From Pseudomonadales bacterium (GTDB taxonomy: Bacteria; Pseudomonadota; Gammaproteobacteria; Pseudomonadales; JAHRWD01): a DNA stretch of 64,000 nucleotides. Of this stretch, positions 51,952 to 60,160 are shown one piece after another. Position 1 is the stretch's first letter. Every line of letters begins with the position of its first letter. The stretch spans positions 4,254 through 68,253 of the forward strand of contig JAESUM010000063.1 in the NCBI GenBank assembly GCA_016763075.1. Reading direction: 5' to 3'. The notes beneath the pieces are model-generated. The model ran no database searches and had not been told where the DNA came from. It saw only the letters and a list, made by a program, of their open reading frames with translations. A program made the position numbers and the translations under genes.

Positions 51952-52515
51952 TCAAATCTGAACTGATACGCCAGAAACAAAAGGATGCATATACACAAAA
52001 CCAGCAAACAGTGCAGCTCCAATAACAAGCGCGAAAAAATCTCCGCGAACAGAAACCGACTCCAGTTTAACCCACTTACCATCACGCTTATTGATCAAAA
52101 CAATATCTATTAACGCCCACAGACCAAGAACACCAAACAATAGCAGGGAGCGATTTTCACCGTTTGAAAGAAGGTGCCCCAAACTAAAGGCCATTACTCC
52201 AATTAGCTGTGGATGACGAATAACTCGTTTGATGTTGTTTTGAAAGCCTGAGGCAGAAAAAAGTATAAACGCAGCCAGCGTCAATATACTCGTAGCTATG
52301 CTACCCCATCCCGGTGAAACGTAGATCGAAACCGGGTTTATAGAACGCCAACCAAAAACCATTAAAGCAATGGATGACAGCATCAAAACTGAAAATATTC
52401 CTTTGTACCCATTCTCACCCAACTTATCCAAAAGCTGCTGCCGTAGCGGCCCCGCCAAAAATTGCAAAAGATGCAATACACACCAAAGCCCAAGGCCAAA
52501 CGAAAGTAACATCAT
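51952..52515 (-). CDS. NnrU-family membrane protein
   Basis: 187 aa with about 5 TM helices. RHPQLIGVMAFSLGHLLSNGE resembles the conserved NnrU motif. Confidence 0.65.
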   Translation of the reverse strand: MMLLSFGLGLWCVLHLLQFLAGPLRQQLLDKLGENGYKGIFSVLMLSSIALMVFGWRSINPVSIYVSPGWGSIATSILTLAAFILFSASGFQNNIKRVIRHPQLIGVMAFSLGHLLSNGENRSLLLFGVLGLWALIDIVLINKRDGKWVKLESVSVRGDFFALVIGAALFAGFVYMHPFVSGVSVQI

Positions 52516-52960
52516 TTTTTTATCTCCAATTAGTCAAATCAGCCAACTTTAACTCTTCGTGATCGACAAACCTATGCTCCGAACATCTTATCCAATAAAC
52601 AAAAAGTAAACGCAGATTTTTTATAACCTGGATTCGTAAGAGCTATGCGATTGTTAAATTACAGCAAACAAAAGGGTCTGCGGTCCTTCACCTGTGGAGC
52701 CACTAGAATATAAGGATGCTCATACGCTCAGCTCAATGGGTAAATTTTTTCAAGGTCAGCATGTACTAACCTTACGAACCCGAATGCGTAAGGGCATATC
52801 GACTCTTCAAGCCTGCTCTGCCCCCCCTTCTGTAAAACCACACCGAAAACATACGCAACACACCCATCTCCAGTTAACTTATTGGTAGAAATACTGGACA
52901 AGCCCATAGATCTACATGATAATCATTCGTATTAGTGAGCTTTCATCTTTTGGAGTCTTT

Positions 52961-53452
52961 ATGTCCTTTATCTGCACGAACCACCGCCAACACATTCTAA
53001 GTTCTGTCGAAACAGCCAACCTTTACTGGAGCCAGTGGATCGAGCTAGGGATAAAACAGCTAAATCAACAAAACCCGTCCGAGGGCATCAGTTTTTTGGG
53101 GTGTGCTCTGGATGTCGCTGACTGGTTGGTCGACCAGCCCCAGGCTTTCCAGTTAAATCAACTCAACGAATATTTTGAAAAATTATCGCTATCGAGCTTT
53201 TTACTAGCGGAGTGCTTTTTGCGTGTAAATAGGCCGGATCTTGAGCTTCATTTTCTACTGCAACTACATCATCGCCTGCTGGAGAACAGAGGAAGCCAAC
53301 AAAACGTTTTTTGGCCGCTTTCAGGTTATATCAGGCAATCGTTAGAAAGGTTAGAAGACTATGTAGAACACCATGGTGAGTTTACAGGTTACAGGGAGTG
53401 CCTTATTGACACCCAAAATCAACTTGATGAGCTCAATTTAGCTCTAAATTAG
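52961..53452 (+). CDS. Hypothetical protein (orphan)
   Basis: The ORF begins at 52916, but the ATG at 52961 (MSFICTNHRQ) has a GGAG about 6 nt upstream. About 163 aa, helical and Leu/Gln-rich, with no motif I recognise. Confidence 0.45.
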   Translation: MSFICTNHRQHILSSVETANLYWSQWIELGIKQLNQQNPSEGISFLGCALDVADWLVDQPQAFQLNQLNEYFEKLSLSSFLLAECFLRVNRPDLELHFLLQLHHRLLENRGSQQNVFWPLSGYIRQSLERLEDYVEHHGEFTGYRECLIDTQNQLDELNLALN

Positions 53453-53489
53453 ATTCACACGCCTCCCAATTTACAATCGGAGTTATGTT

Positions 53490-53681
53490 ATGCAAACCTG
53501 TAACAGTTCAATAACTACAGAAAAGTACGTCAATATTCAGATGACCGAAAAGACGCTTGCGCGGCTCATCAAAGAATCCAACATTCATGCAACCGATATT
53601 CATCCACTCGATCGCACATCCAAAATATTCGTGTGGAAATCCTGCCTTGATAGCTGCTTTAGTGAAGGGCTGCCAGGGTAG
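53490..53681 (+). CDS. Small hypothetical protein, possibly co-transcribed with the preceding ORF
   Basis: 63 aa. GGAG lies 7 nt upstream of the ATG, which is 37 nt after the preceding stop. No recognisable motif. Confidence 0.3.
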   Translation: MQTCNSSITTEKYVNIQMTEKTLARLIKESNIHATDIHPLDRTSKIFVWKSCLDSCFSEGLPG

Positions 53682-53752
53682 CTACCTTAACCAAAGGTAC
53701 CGCTGGAACTAATATTTAAGGCGGATTAATAGCTACACCTGAAAAGCATTAT

Positions 53753-54331
53753 CTACTTAAATATGCCGGTCTCTTTTCCATCCAGGCTATGGGTATTTTC
53801 TTTTTCCCAGTAGTCCTCAACACCTTCACGGCCATTTTTGGTCGCCCAGTTTTCCAGCGTGGGTCGTTCTTTTTTATGCTCCATAAACGGAACAGCAAAT
53901 CCACAGGAAGTTTGCACCATGGATATATCGACAACAAACAGTTGACGTGTGCCGACGTACGCGGGAAACAAACCAATCAGTTCATCCCATTCGTCGTCGC
54001 GCTGGTGAATAGCTCTTGCACTACCGTACACTCGAAAAATAAGCGGCTTCAGATCAAAGGAACAAAACATAATGGTCATACGATTATTTTCAAGTACGTG
54101 AGCTGCCGACTCATTTCCACTACCTGTTAAATTCAGCCACACTATTTTTGATTCGCTAATCACTCGCAGGCTGTCCATCCCTTTCGGTGATACATTCACA
54201 TAACCATTTTCAGCGGCGGTACCCACAAAAAAAACATGCTGATTACCGATAAATTCAATATGGGATTGTTCTAACTTAGGGAATTGTTTTGCCACAGATG
54301 AGCCCTCATTAAATATAGATCCACTATTCAA
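53753..54331 (-). CDS. Pyridoxamine 5'-phosphate oxidase-family FMN-binding protein
   Basis: 192 aa with split-barrel family features (HVFFVGTA...NVSPKG, MFCSF) and typical length. Confidence 0.65.
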   Translation of the reverse strand: MNSGSIFNEGSSVAKQFPKLEQSHIEFIGNQHVFFVGTAAENGYVNVSPKGMDSLRVISESKIVWLNLTGSGNESAAHVLENNRMTIMFCSFDLKPLIFRVYGSARAIHQRDDEWDELIGLFPAYVGTRQLFVVDISMVQTSCGFAVPFMEHKKERPTLENWATKNGREGVEDYWEKENTHSLDGKETGIFK

Positions 54332-54384
54332 TAGCTTCGTACTCGAAATTAGTATCCGCTAATTACCTATAAACTAATATCTTT

Positions 54385-55266
54385 CTATCCGCACACACCG
54401 GAAACAAAAGCCGCGGTTAGTTCACTTTCTGGCGTTTCAAAAAGAGAATCACACTGACCAAACTCGATCAGTTTTCCAACCTTTTCTACCATCCAGAAAA
54501 AGCCGGCGTAGTTGGCTACTCGTTTAGCCTGGGCCAAATTGTGGGTCACGATCACAACGGTATAACGGCCAGCAAGGCTGCTGATTAGCTCTTCTACTTT
54601 TGCAGAGGCGATTGCGTCAAGAGCGCTACAGGGTTCATCCATTAATAAAACTTCTGGTTCCAAAACCAGAGCACGCGCAATACAAAGCCTTTGCTGTTGG
54701 CCGCCGGAAAGAGCGAGCGCGGGGCTGTCTAAACGGTCTTTGACCTCATCCCATAATCCCACTTCTCGTAATACTTTTTCGGTTTTTTGGGCTAGCTGTT
54801 TACGATTACGAATACCGTTTTCTTTCAGAGGCAGGTAAAGATTACGGCGAATTGAGAGTGGAAAGGGGTTGGGTTTCTGGAAGATCATACCGATGCGGCG
54901 GCGCAGATTCAGGGTATCTGTTTTTACAGCCAGGATTTCCTCCCCATCGAAACGGATAGATCCCTGTACCTGTGCAGTTGGCATCATATCGGTGAGTCGA
55001 TTCAGCGACGATAAAAAGCTGGTTTTTCCGCAACCGGATGGGCCAATCAGCGCAGTGATACAACCTTTGTAGATATCCAGCGATACGGTTTCGAGAACCT
55101 GATGTTCACCGTAGCTGACGGAGAGATCCCGAACCTGTATATGAGGTTCGGGCAAACAGCAGGGTTGCGCCTCGGTTATTTCGCTCAGCGTATAAGAGGT
55201 ATGGTTAGTTTCGCTACCCTGGTTTAAGTAAACTTTTTTGCCTGGATTGGGAGTCATTTGATTCAT
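54385..55266 (-). CDS. pstB: PstB-type phosphate/oxyanion ABC transporter ATPase with a ~30 aa N-terminal extension
   Basis: 293 aa with ALIGPSGCGKTSFL, the PstB-typical IGMIFQKPNPFPLSI, LSGGQQQRLCIARAL, and LLMDEPCSALD. Confidence 0.85.
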   Translation of the reverse strand: MNQMTPNPGKKVYLNQGSETNHTSYTLSEITEAQPCCLPEPHIQVRDLSVSYGEHQVLETVSLDIYKGCITALIGPSGCGKTSFLSSLNRLTDMMPTAQVQGSIRFDGEEILAVKTDTLNLRRRIGMIFQKPNPFPLSIRRNLYLPLKENGIRNRKQLAQKTEKVLREVGLWDEVKDRLDSPALALSGGQQQRLCIARALVLEPEVLLMDEPCSALDAIASAKVEELISSLAGRYTVVIVTHNLAQAKRVANYAGFFWMVEKVGKLIEFGQCDSLFETPESELTAAFVSGVCG

Positions 55267-55277
55267 ATCAGTTACGC

Positions 55278-56108
55278 TCAGGTCGCAAGTCTTCTGTACA
55301 ACCAGCGGTCGGAAAACCCCTGGGCCAGCAGGTTAAAGAGGATAATCAGGGCGATCAGCACCAGAGCCGATGCATGGGCCGCTGGGTCACCCCCGGTTAC
55401 GTTCATCGAAAGATCATAAATATGTACCGCCAGTGCACGACCGGAGTCGAGCAGGGATTCGGGCATACGATCGACATATCCACTGGTAAAAATAAGAGCG
55501 GCGGTTTCGGCGGTGGCACGACCAATACCCAATATCAGCCCGGCTGAGATAGCAGGTGCGGCGGCGGGCAACAGAATATGCCAGACCGCTGAAGTACGGG
55601 TCATTCCCAGCGCCTCTGCGCCCTGTCGCCAGCTATTGTCAACCGCTGTCAGGCCAATTTCGCAGGTACGGATAAATACCGGCAGGATCATAACCGCCAA
55701 CGTCAGGCCTCCGGAGAGAATGGAAAAACCCATGCCGAGATAGATCGAAAAAAATGCATTACCAAACAGGCCAAACACTATCGAAGGAATACCGGCCATT
55801 ACATCCAGCGCTAAACGGATCTGATTGCTCAGACGATTTCCTCTGCGAGTGAATTCCGCCAGCCACACCGCCACCATCAATCCAAGGGGCAACGCGACTG
55901 CCAGGGTTACACCGATAATCAGTAGCGTAGAAACCAGAATGGGGCCGATGCCGCCGCTACGACCGGCATTTTCTGGCGCGCTGAATATAAACTCCAGCGA
56001 AATATGAGACAGCCCCAGTCGAGCCAGATCACCCACTATCCACAACAAAGCCGCAGCAACCAGTGCTGCGCTTAGCCAAACTGCTGAGCTAAATAGACGA
56101 TCAGCCAT
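55278..56108 (-). CDS. pstA: PstA-type ABC permease
   Basis: The ORF extends to 56162, but the likely start is the ATG at 56108 (MADRLFSS), giving an ATGGCTGA overlap with the pstC stop. It has an EAA-like loop (EALGMTRTSAVWHILLP). Confidence 0.82.
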   Translation of the reverse strand: MADRLFSSAVWLSAALVAAALLWIVGDLARLGLSHISLEFIFSAPENAGRSGGIGPILVSTLLIIGVTLAVALPLGLMVAVWLAEFTRRGNRLSNQIRLALDVMAGIPSIVFGLFGNAFFSIYLGMGFSILSGGLTLAVMILPVFIRTCEIGLTAVDNSWRQGAEALGMTRTSAVWHILLPAAAPAISAGLILGIGRATAETAALIFTSGYVDRMPESLLDSGRALAVHIYDLSMNVTGGDPAAHASALVLIALIILFNLLAQGFSDRWLYRRLAT

Positions 56109-56958
56109 ATTGTTTGCTCGATTCGTTAGAGCGCGCCGCCAACCATGCCAGTGCCAATACAATTAGCGTCAGCAACAGCCCAGAGGCGAACAGACTGGCG
56201 CGATGAAGATCCGTCGCATAGGCCATCTCCAAAGCAATGTTCGCGGTTAATACCCGCACCGGCTCAAACAATCCGCTGGGGTATTGCACCACGTTGCCCG
56301 CCACCATCAGCACCACCATGGTTTCGCCAATGGCGCGGGCCATCGACAACAGGGCAGCACTGCGGATTCCGGCACCGGCGCTGGTAATCGCGATATAACA
56401 GATACGTGCGCGAAGGGTTAAACCAAGGGCCGCCGCTCCGTTCATTAGACTGCCAGGCACTGAGGACAATGCCGACGCGCTGGCCAGTGCCATGGTTGGT
56501 ATCACCATTAACGCCAGCACAATAGTGGCTGCTAGCAAGCTTGTACCCGGCGGTTGCCAGCTGCCAATGATCGGCACCAGTACGGTTAATCCCCACAGTC
56601 CTAGCACTACAGATGGCATACCCGCCAGCAGTGACAGCAGTAATCGAAATGCTTTGGCCAATACCGGCGGCGCGTAATATTGCAGGAAAATAGCGCAGCC
56701 AAGGCCGATTGGCGCAGCAATCATGATGGCTCCAAGCATCACCACCAATGAGGCAACTAACATCGGCAAAATGCCAAACAGCCCCTCCATCGGGTACCAG
56801 CCACTGTCGGCAAAAAACAATCGCCAACCGCCGCCGGTTAAAACTGGAGCTGCCTCTTTAATAAGAAACAGCAGAATCAATAACAGAATGGCCGCGCAAA
56901 CAAACCCCGCCAGCCGCAGCGGTGGTTCGACTAACCGATCAATGTTGCCGCGAAACAA
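56101..56958 (-). CDS. pstC: PstC-type ABC permease
   Basis: 285 aa with 6 TM helices, GAAALGLTLRARICYIAI, and ARAIGETM. Confidence 0.82.
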   Translation of the reverse strand: MFRGNIDRLVEPPLRLAGFVCAAILLLILLFLIKEAAPVLTGGGWRLFFADSGWYPMEGLFGILPMLVASLVVMLGAIMIAAPIGLGCAIFLQYYAPPVLAKAFRLLLSLLAGMPSVVLGLWGLTVLVPIIGSWQPPGTSLLAATIVLALMVIPTMALASASALSSVPGSLMNGAAALGLTLRARICYIAITSAGAGIRSAALLSMARAIGETMVVLMVAGNVVQYPSGLFEPVRVLTANIALEMAYATDLHRASLFASGLLLTLIVLALAWLAARSNESSKQYG

Positions 56959-57790
56959 AGAACTGCCCTTCCACTAAATCATCGACCTGAGCGCTTTGCG
57001 CGAACAGAATAAAACGTTTCGCCAGATCCGTTAGTTCGCCTTTGGTGACCAGATTTAGCGGCCTTGAGAGCGGGAAATCGCCGCTTCTGACCGTGGCAAT
57101 GCTGGCTTCGACTCCGTTTACAATTGGCCTTTTTATACTGACACCACGCTGCTCTTCATACTCCGCCGTGCCAATCGATACATAACCAATTGCGCCGGGA
57201 TTACCGGCAACGGTTTTGATCCCCTGCTGATTGTCGCCAATGATAACTCTGGCTTTGATCTGGCTGTTTCGTAATCCAAAATAGTGCAGGAACAGTTCCA
57301 ACGTCGAACGACCTTCAGCTTTATTGACCACTGTAATGCCTCTATCTTCACCGCCTAGCTCGCGCCAGTTAGCAATTTTTCCGGTATAAATTGCCCGGAT
57401 TTGATCATCGCTCAGCTGGTCCACCGGATTGTCGCTGTGCAGAATAATGCCAATACCATCGGTGGCAATAGTATGAGCGGTAAGATCCGTTTCGGACTGT
57501 TTTAGAGCGCGGGAAACCATGCCGATATCCGCCAGTCCACGGCGAGCGTCGTTGATGCCCCGGGATGATCCGCCGGTTTGAACATCGATCCGAATACCGG
57601 GGTTTAGTTTCTCAAAACGTTTAGCGATCTCAAGTGCCAGGGGTGCAACGGTGCTGGAGCCGGTTAGTGAAAGGTGCTCGGTTGCGGTTGAGATACCCGG
57701 CACAAATACCAGCAGCAATACCAGAGTCGCCAGCCTGCGAATTGAGATCCGCTTATTTCGATCTCTATTTTTATAGAGAGTAAAGATCAT
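56939..57790 (-). CDS. pstS: PstS-family (PBP2, type-2) periplasmic oxyanion-binding protein
   Basis: 283 aa with a signal peptide, GSSTVAPL, GGSSRGI, and ADIGMVSR. The ATG overlaps the stop of the upstream transferase gene (ATGA). Confidence 0.8.
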   Translation of the reverse strand: MIFTLYKNRDRNKRISIRRLATLVLLLVFVPGISTATEHLSLTGSSTVAPLALEIAKRFEKLNPGIRIDVQTGGSSRGINDARRGLADIGMVSRALKQSETDLTAHTIATDGIGIILHSDNPVDQLSDDQIRAIYTGKIANWRELGGEDRGITVVNKAEGRSTLELFLHYFGLRNSQIKARVIIGDNQQGIKTVAGNPGAIGYVSIGTAEYEEQRGVSIKRPIVNGVEASIATVRSGDFPLSRPLNLVTKGELTDLAKRFILFAQSAQVDDLVEGQFFVSRQH

Positions 57791-58470
57791 AGTATTCCTA
57801 ACTTTTCATTCGTTACATTCTGTATCGGCTTCCTGAATTGGTTGAACTCTTCGCTTTCCGGCAGCCACTTCAAATCATCAGGTTCATCAATATCGTGGAG
57901 TATCGGCAGCTCTTTCAGAGTCCAATTTAGGGCTGATATTTTCTCTCGTGTTAACTGTGCAACCTGATCTGTACTCCAGGGGATATCGGTAAATAGCGAA
58001 GTATCAAACCGATTCAGCCCCAGCAATGCGTAACCACCATCACTCACAGGGCCCAGACAAACATCGGCCTGAGAGAGTTTTTGCACAGCCAGCTTCAACA
58101 TATCTGCATCCAGCATTGGGCAGTCGGTGCCGATGATCAGCACCGATTGATCTTGCTCTAATACTCTTTGAGCAGCACCGGACATCTTCTCACCCAAATC
58201 ACCTTCACCCTGTTTTTCCCAAACAATATTGGCGGGCAACTCTAAGTGTTTCCATTCGGGCAAATTCGGGTCTGGTGTCACGCAAAGTTCGACGGTTCCG
58301 ATATTGGCGGTTATCGCTTGTTTGACCGTACGAGTAAGCAATTGGGCTGCCAGTGCCGCCGCGCCTTCGTCACCCAACACCGGGCTAAGTCTGGTTTTGG
58401 CAAATCCTGCCATCGGGGCTTTGGCGAAGATCACGATTCGTAGCGGCTTTGGCGCAGCGGACAGCTTCAC
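57787..58470 (-). CDS. DUF2064 / TIGR04282-like nucleotidyltransferase-fold protein ('transferase 1, rSAM/selenodomain-associated')
   Basis: The ORF extends to 58533, but the GTG at 58470 forms a GTGA overlap with the upstream stop. The motif IVIFAKAPMAGFAKTRLSP is typical of DUF2064. Confidence 0.7.
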   Translation of the reverse strand: MKLSAAPKPLRIVIFAKAPMAGFAKTRLSPVLGDEGAAALAAQLLTRTVKQAITANIGTVELCVTPDPNLPEWKHLELPANIVWEKQGEGDLGEKMSGAAQRVLEQDQSVLIIGTDCPMLDADMLKLAVQKLSQADVCLGPVSDGGYALLGLNRFDTSLFTDIPWSTDQVAQLTREKISALNWTLKELPILHDIDEPDDLKWLPESEEFNQFRKPIQNVTNEKLGIL

Positions 58471-59249
58471 CGGTAGAGACTCGCAAGGGTTTCTGCCGAT
58501 TCGCCGCGCCAATAGGCCCAGCGTAATCGCCACATTAGAAAAATGGTGTGCCAGGAGCCTCGTTGGTCCCAGCGTCGCCCAGAGGTAGTCACTTTTTGGA
58601 ATAGACAGACCGGAGAAGACAATTTCCGTAGGTGGCGGGAGATCTCAATATCTTCCATCAGTGGTTGATCGGGAAAAGCTGATACCGCGTAAAACGCGCT
58701 GCGGGTTACAAAAATTGCCTGGTCACCAGTAGCAATACCACTGAGACGAGAGCGTTTATTCATAAACCAGCTCACCATCGGAAGCATTTTTGATTTGCCC
58801 AAAATAGTTACGTCGAAGCGACCCCACTGTTTATTCGTTTGTTGAAGAACATCCAAAATCAAACGATCAGCATTAGCGGGAAGCCGTGTATCCGCATGCA
58901 AAAAAAGTAAATTTTCAGCCTGAGCTTTTCTGGCTCCTGCGTTCATTTGCCGCGCTCGACCGGCGGGAGCTGTCATCACTTCAAATTGCGCAGATGCCAG
59001 CTCGATAGAGCCATCGGTGCTGCCGCCATCAACCAAAATAATTTCGCAGCCTTTTTGCTGGAATTTTTGCAGATGGGCCAGCAGCGCAGGTAGCTGTTGG
59101 GCTTCGTTGAGCATCGGGGTGATGATGCTCAATAAGTTAGGTTTTATGGCAGGTTTATTTGCGGCGTTGTCCGTTGACTGGGGTGTTTTTGCGGTGGCGT
59201 TACTTATGCTGCGTGTGCTTTGCTTCAATGCCTTTTGTTCAGTTTGCAT
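58467..59249 (-). CDS. Family-2 glycosyltransferase, TIGR04283-like ('transferase 2, rSAM/selenodomain-associated')
   Basis: 260 aa with GT2 motifs (LSIITPMLNE and EIILVDGGSTDGS). It has a low-complexity N-terminal ~38 aa, so the start is uncertain. Confidence 0.72.
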   Translation of the reverse strand: MQTEQKALKQSTRSISNATAKTPQSTDNAANKPAIKPNLLSIITPMLNEAQQLPALLAHLQKFQQKGCEIILVDGGSTDGSIELASAQFEVMTAPAGRARQMNAGARKAQAENLLFLHADTRLPANADRLILDVLQQTNKQWGRFDVTILGKSKMLPMVSWFMNKRSRLSGIATGDQAIFVTRSAFYAVSAFPDQPLMEDIEISRHLRKLSSPVCLFQKVTTSGRRWDQRGSWHTIFLMWRLRWAYWRGESAETLASLYR

Positions 59250-60159
59250 CGTTGAGACGCCAATCGTATTTGAGGTATTTGATACTCAGATTACCTGCTT
59301 TTAAAGCCGAAACGTGCTGCTCATTTAGCTTAAGCTGAGGGCTGTAGGCTGCAAAAAAGGCTTCTAATGAATGATAGCTTCCCCAGCCTTTTTCAAAATC
59401 ATCGCGATACCATTTAAAGATTGAGGAAACATGCAATTTGCCGGCTTTGAAGCGGTTACGGCTGCTATCGGCTAAAAACTGTTTGGTTTGATCTTCCAGC
59501 TGTTGTTCTATTTTGGAGCCTTCGTAGGCTTCGCCGCGCAGCGCAGGGCAACCAATACTGGCGCAGTTCACGGCAAAATGAATACGTGGCTCGTTGTAGC
59601 GCCCGGAGTTACGAATCAGCTGGTGCTCAACGTCGTCCAATGATAAGTGCTTGCCTAACAACGGAATGATTTTTTTGCTCCAAGGCGAGCTAAAGAAACT
59701 CCCGAGATCTTTTATTGATTTTAAATCTGGGTATTTTGTAAGAATAAGCTCAATGGTCCAGGCGTTATAGGCGTTGATCAAAAAGGCGAGCTGGTCTGCT
59801 TTTGGCCAGTTTTCAAAGGTAGATTGGCGAATATCAGAAAGCGCATTCAAATACTCTTTTAACTGAGTTCGGTGAGTGGCAAAGCCAGCATAGCTCACTT
59901 GGGTAGAGCTGCCAGCTACCACGCCGTAACGCTGCGCTGGGCCTGGCTCAACAGGCACTACATGCTGCTGCAACAAGCCATTCCACTGAGAATGATCCAT
60001 CGCTGGCGTGGTATCGGATTTAGTGTCTGCAATGCTATTTCCTGCCATCACAGCCGTTAGCACAGCTGCGCTCACCGATAAAACCAAACTGCGGACAAAA
60101 CGCTTGCCGGTCTGTTGCAGCCCGTTAGTCAGCCTTGTGAATAGCCATTTTCGTTGCAT
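59239..60159 (-). CDS. DUF547-domain protein with signal peptide
   Basis: The ORF extends to 60192, but the likely start is the ATG at 60159 (MQRKWLF), 2 nt after the upstream TAA. It has a signal-like LVLSVSAAVLTAVMAGNSIA and the DUF547-like LAFLINAYNAWTIELIL. Confidence 0.68.
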   Translation of the reverse strand: MQRKWLFTRLTNGLQQTGKRFVRSLVLSVSAAVLTAVMAGNSIADTKSDTTPAMDHSQWNGLLQQHVVPVEPGPAQRYGVVAGSSTQVSYAGFATHRTQLKEYLNALSDIRQSTFENWPKADQLAFLINAYNAWTIELILTKYPDLKSIKDLGSFFSSPWSKKIIPLLGKHLSLDDVEHQLIRNSGRYNEPRIHFAVNCASIGCPALRGEAYEGSKIEQQLEDQTKQFLADSSRNRFKAGKLHVSSIFKWYRDDFEKGWGSYHSLEAFFAAYSPQLKLNEQHVSALKAGNLSIKYLKYDWRLNDAN

Positions 60160-60160
60160 G

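Noticed and set aside
52694-52888. 64-aa ORF in the long AT-rich intergenic region upstream of the orphan gene pair.
   Set aside because: It has no Shine-Dalgarno sequence and an odd composition. I kept the region as possibly regulatory rather than coding.
50608-54384. The AT-rich islet as a classical genomic island or prophage remnant.
   Set aside because: I found no integrase, transposase, tRNA attachment site or flanking direct repeats. I report it only as a compositional anomaly.
56264-56827. 187-aa alternative-frame ORF inside pstC.
   Set aside because: It is on the same strand but out of frame with a clear PstC permease, and its Arg/Gly/Trp-rich composition is typical of off-frame translation.
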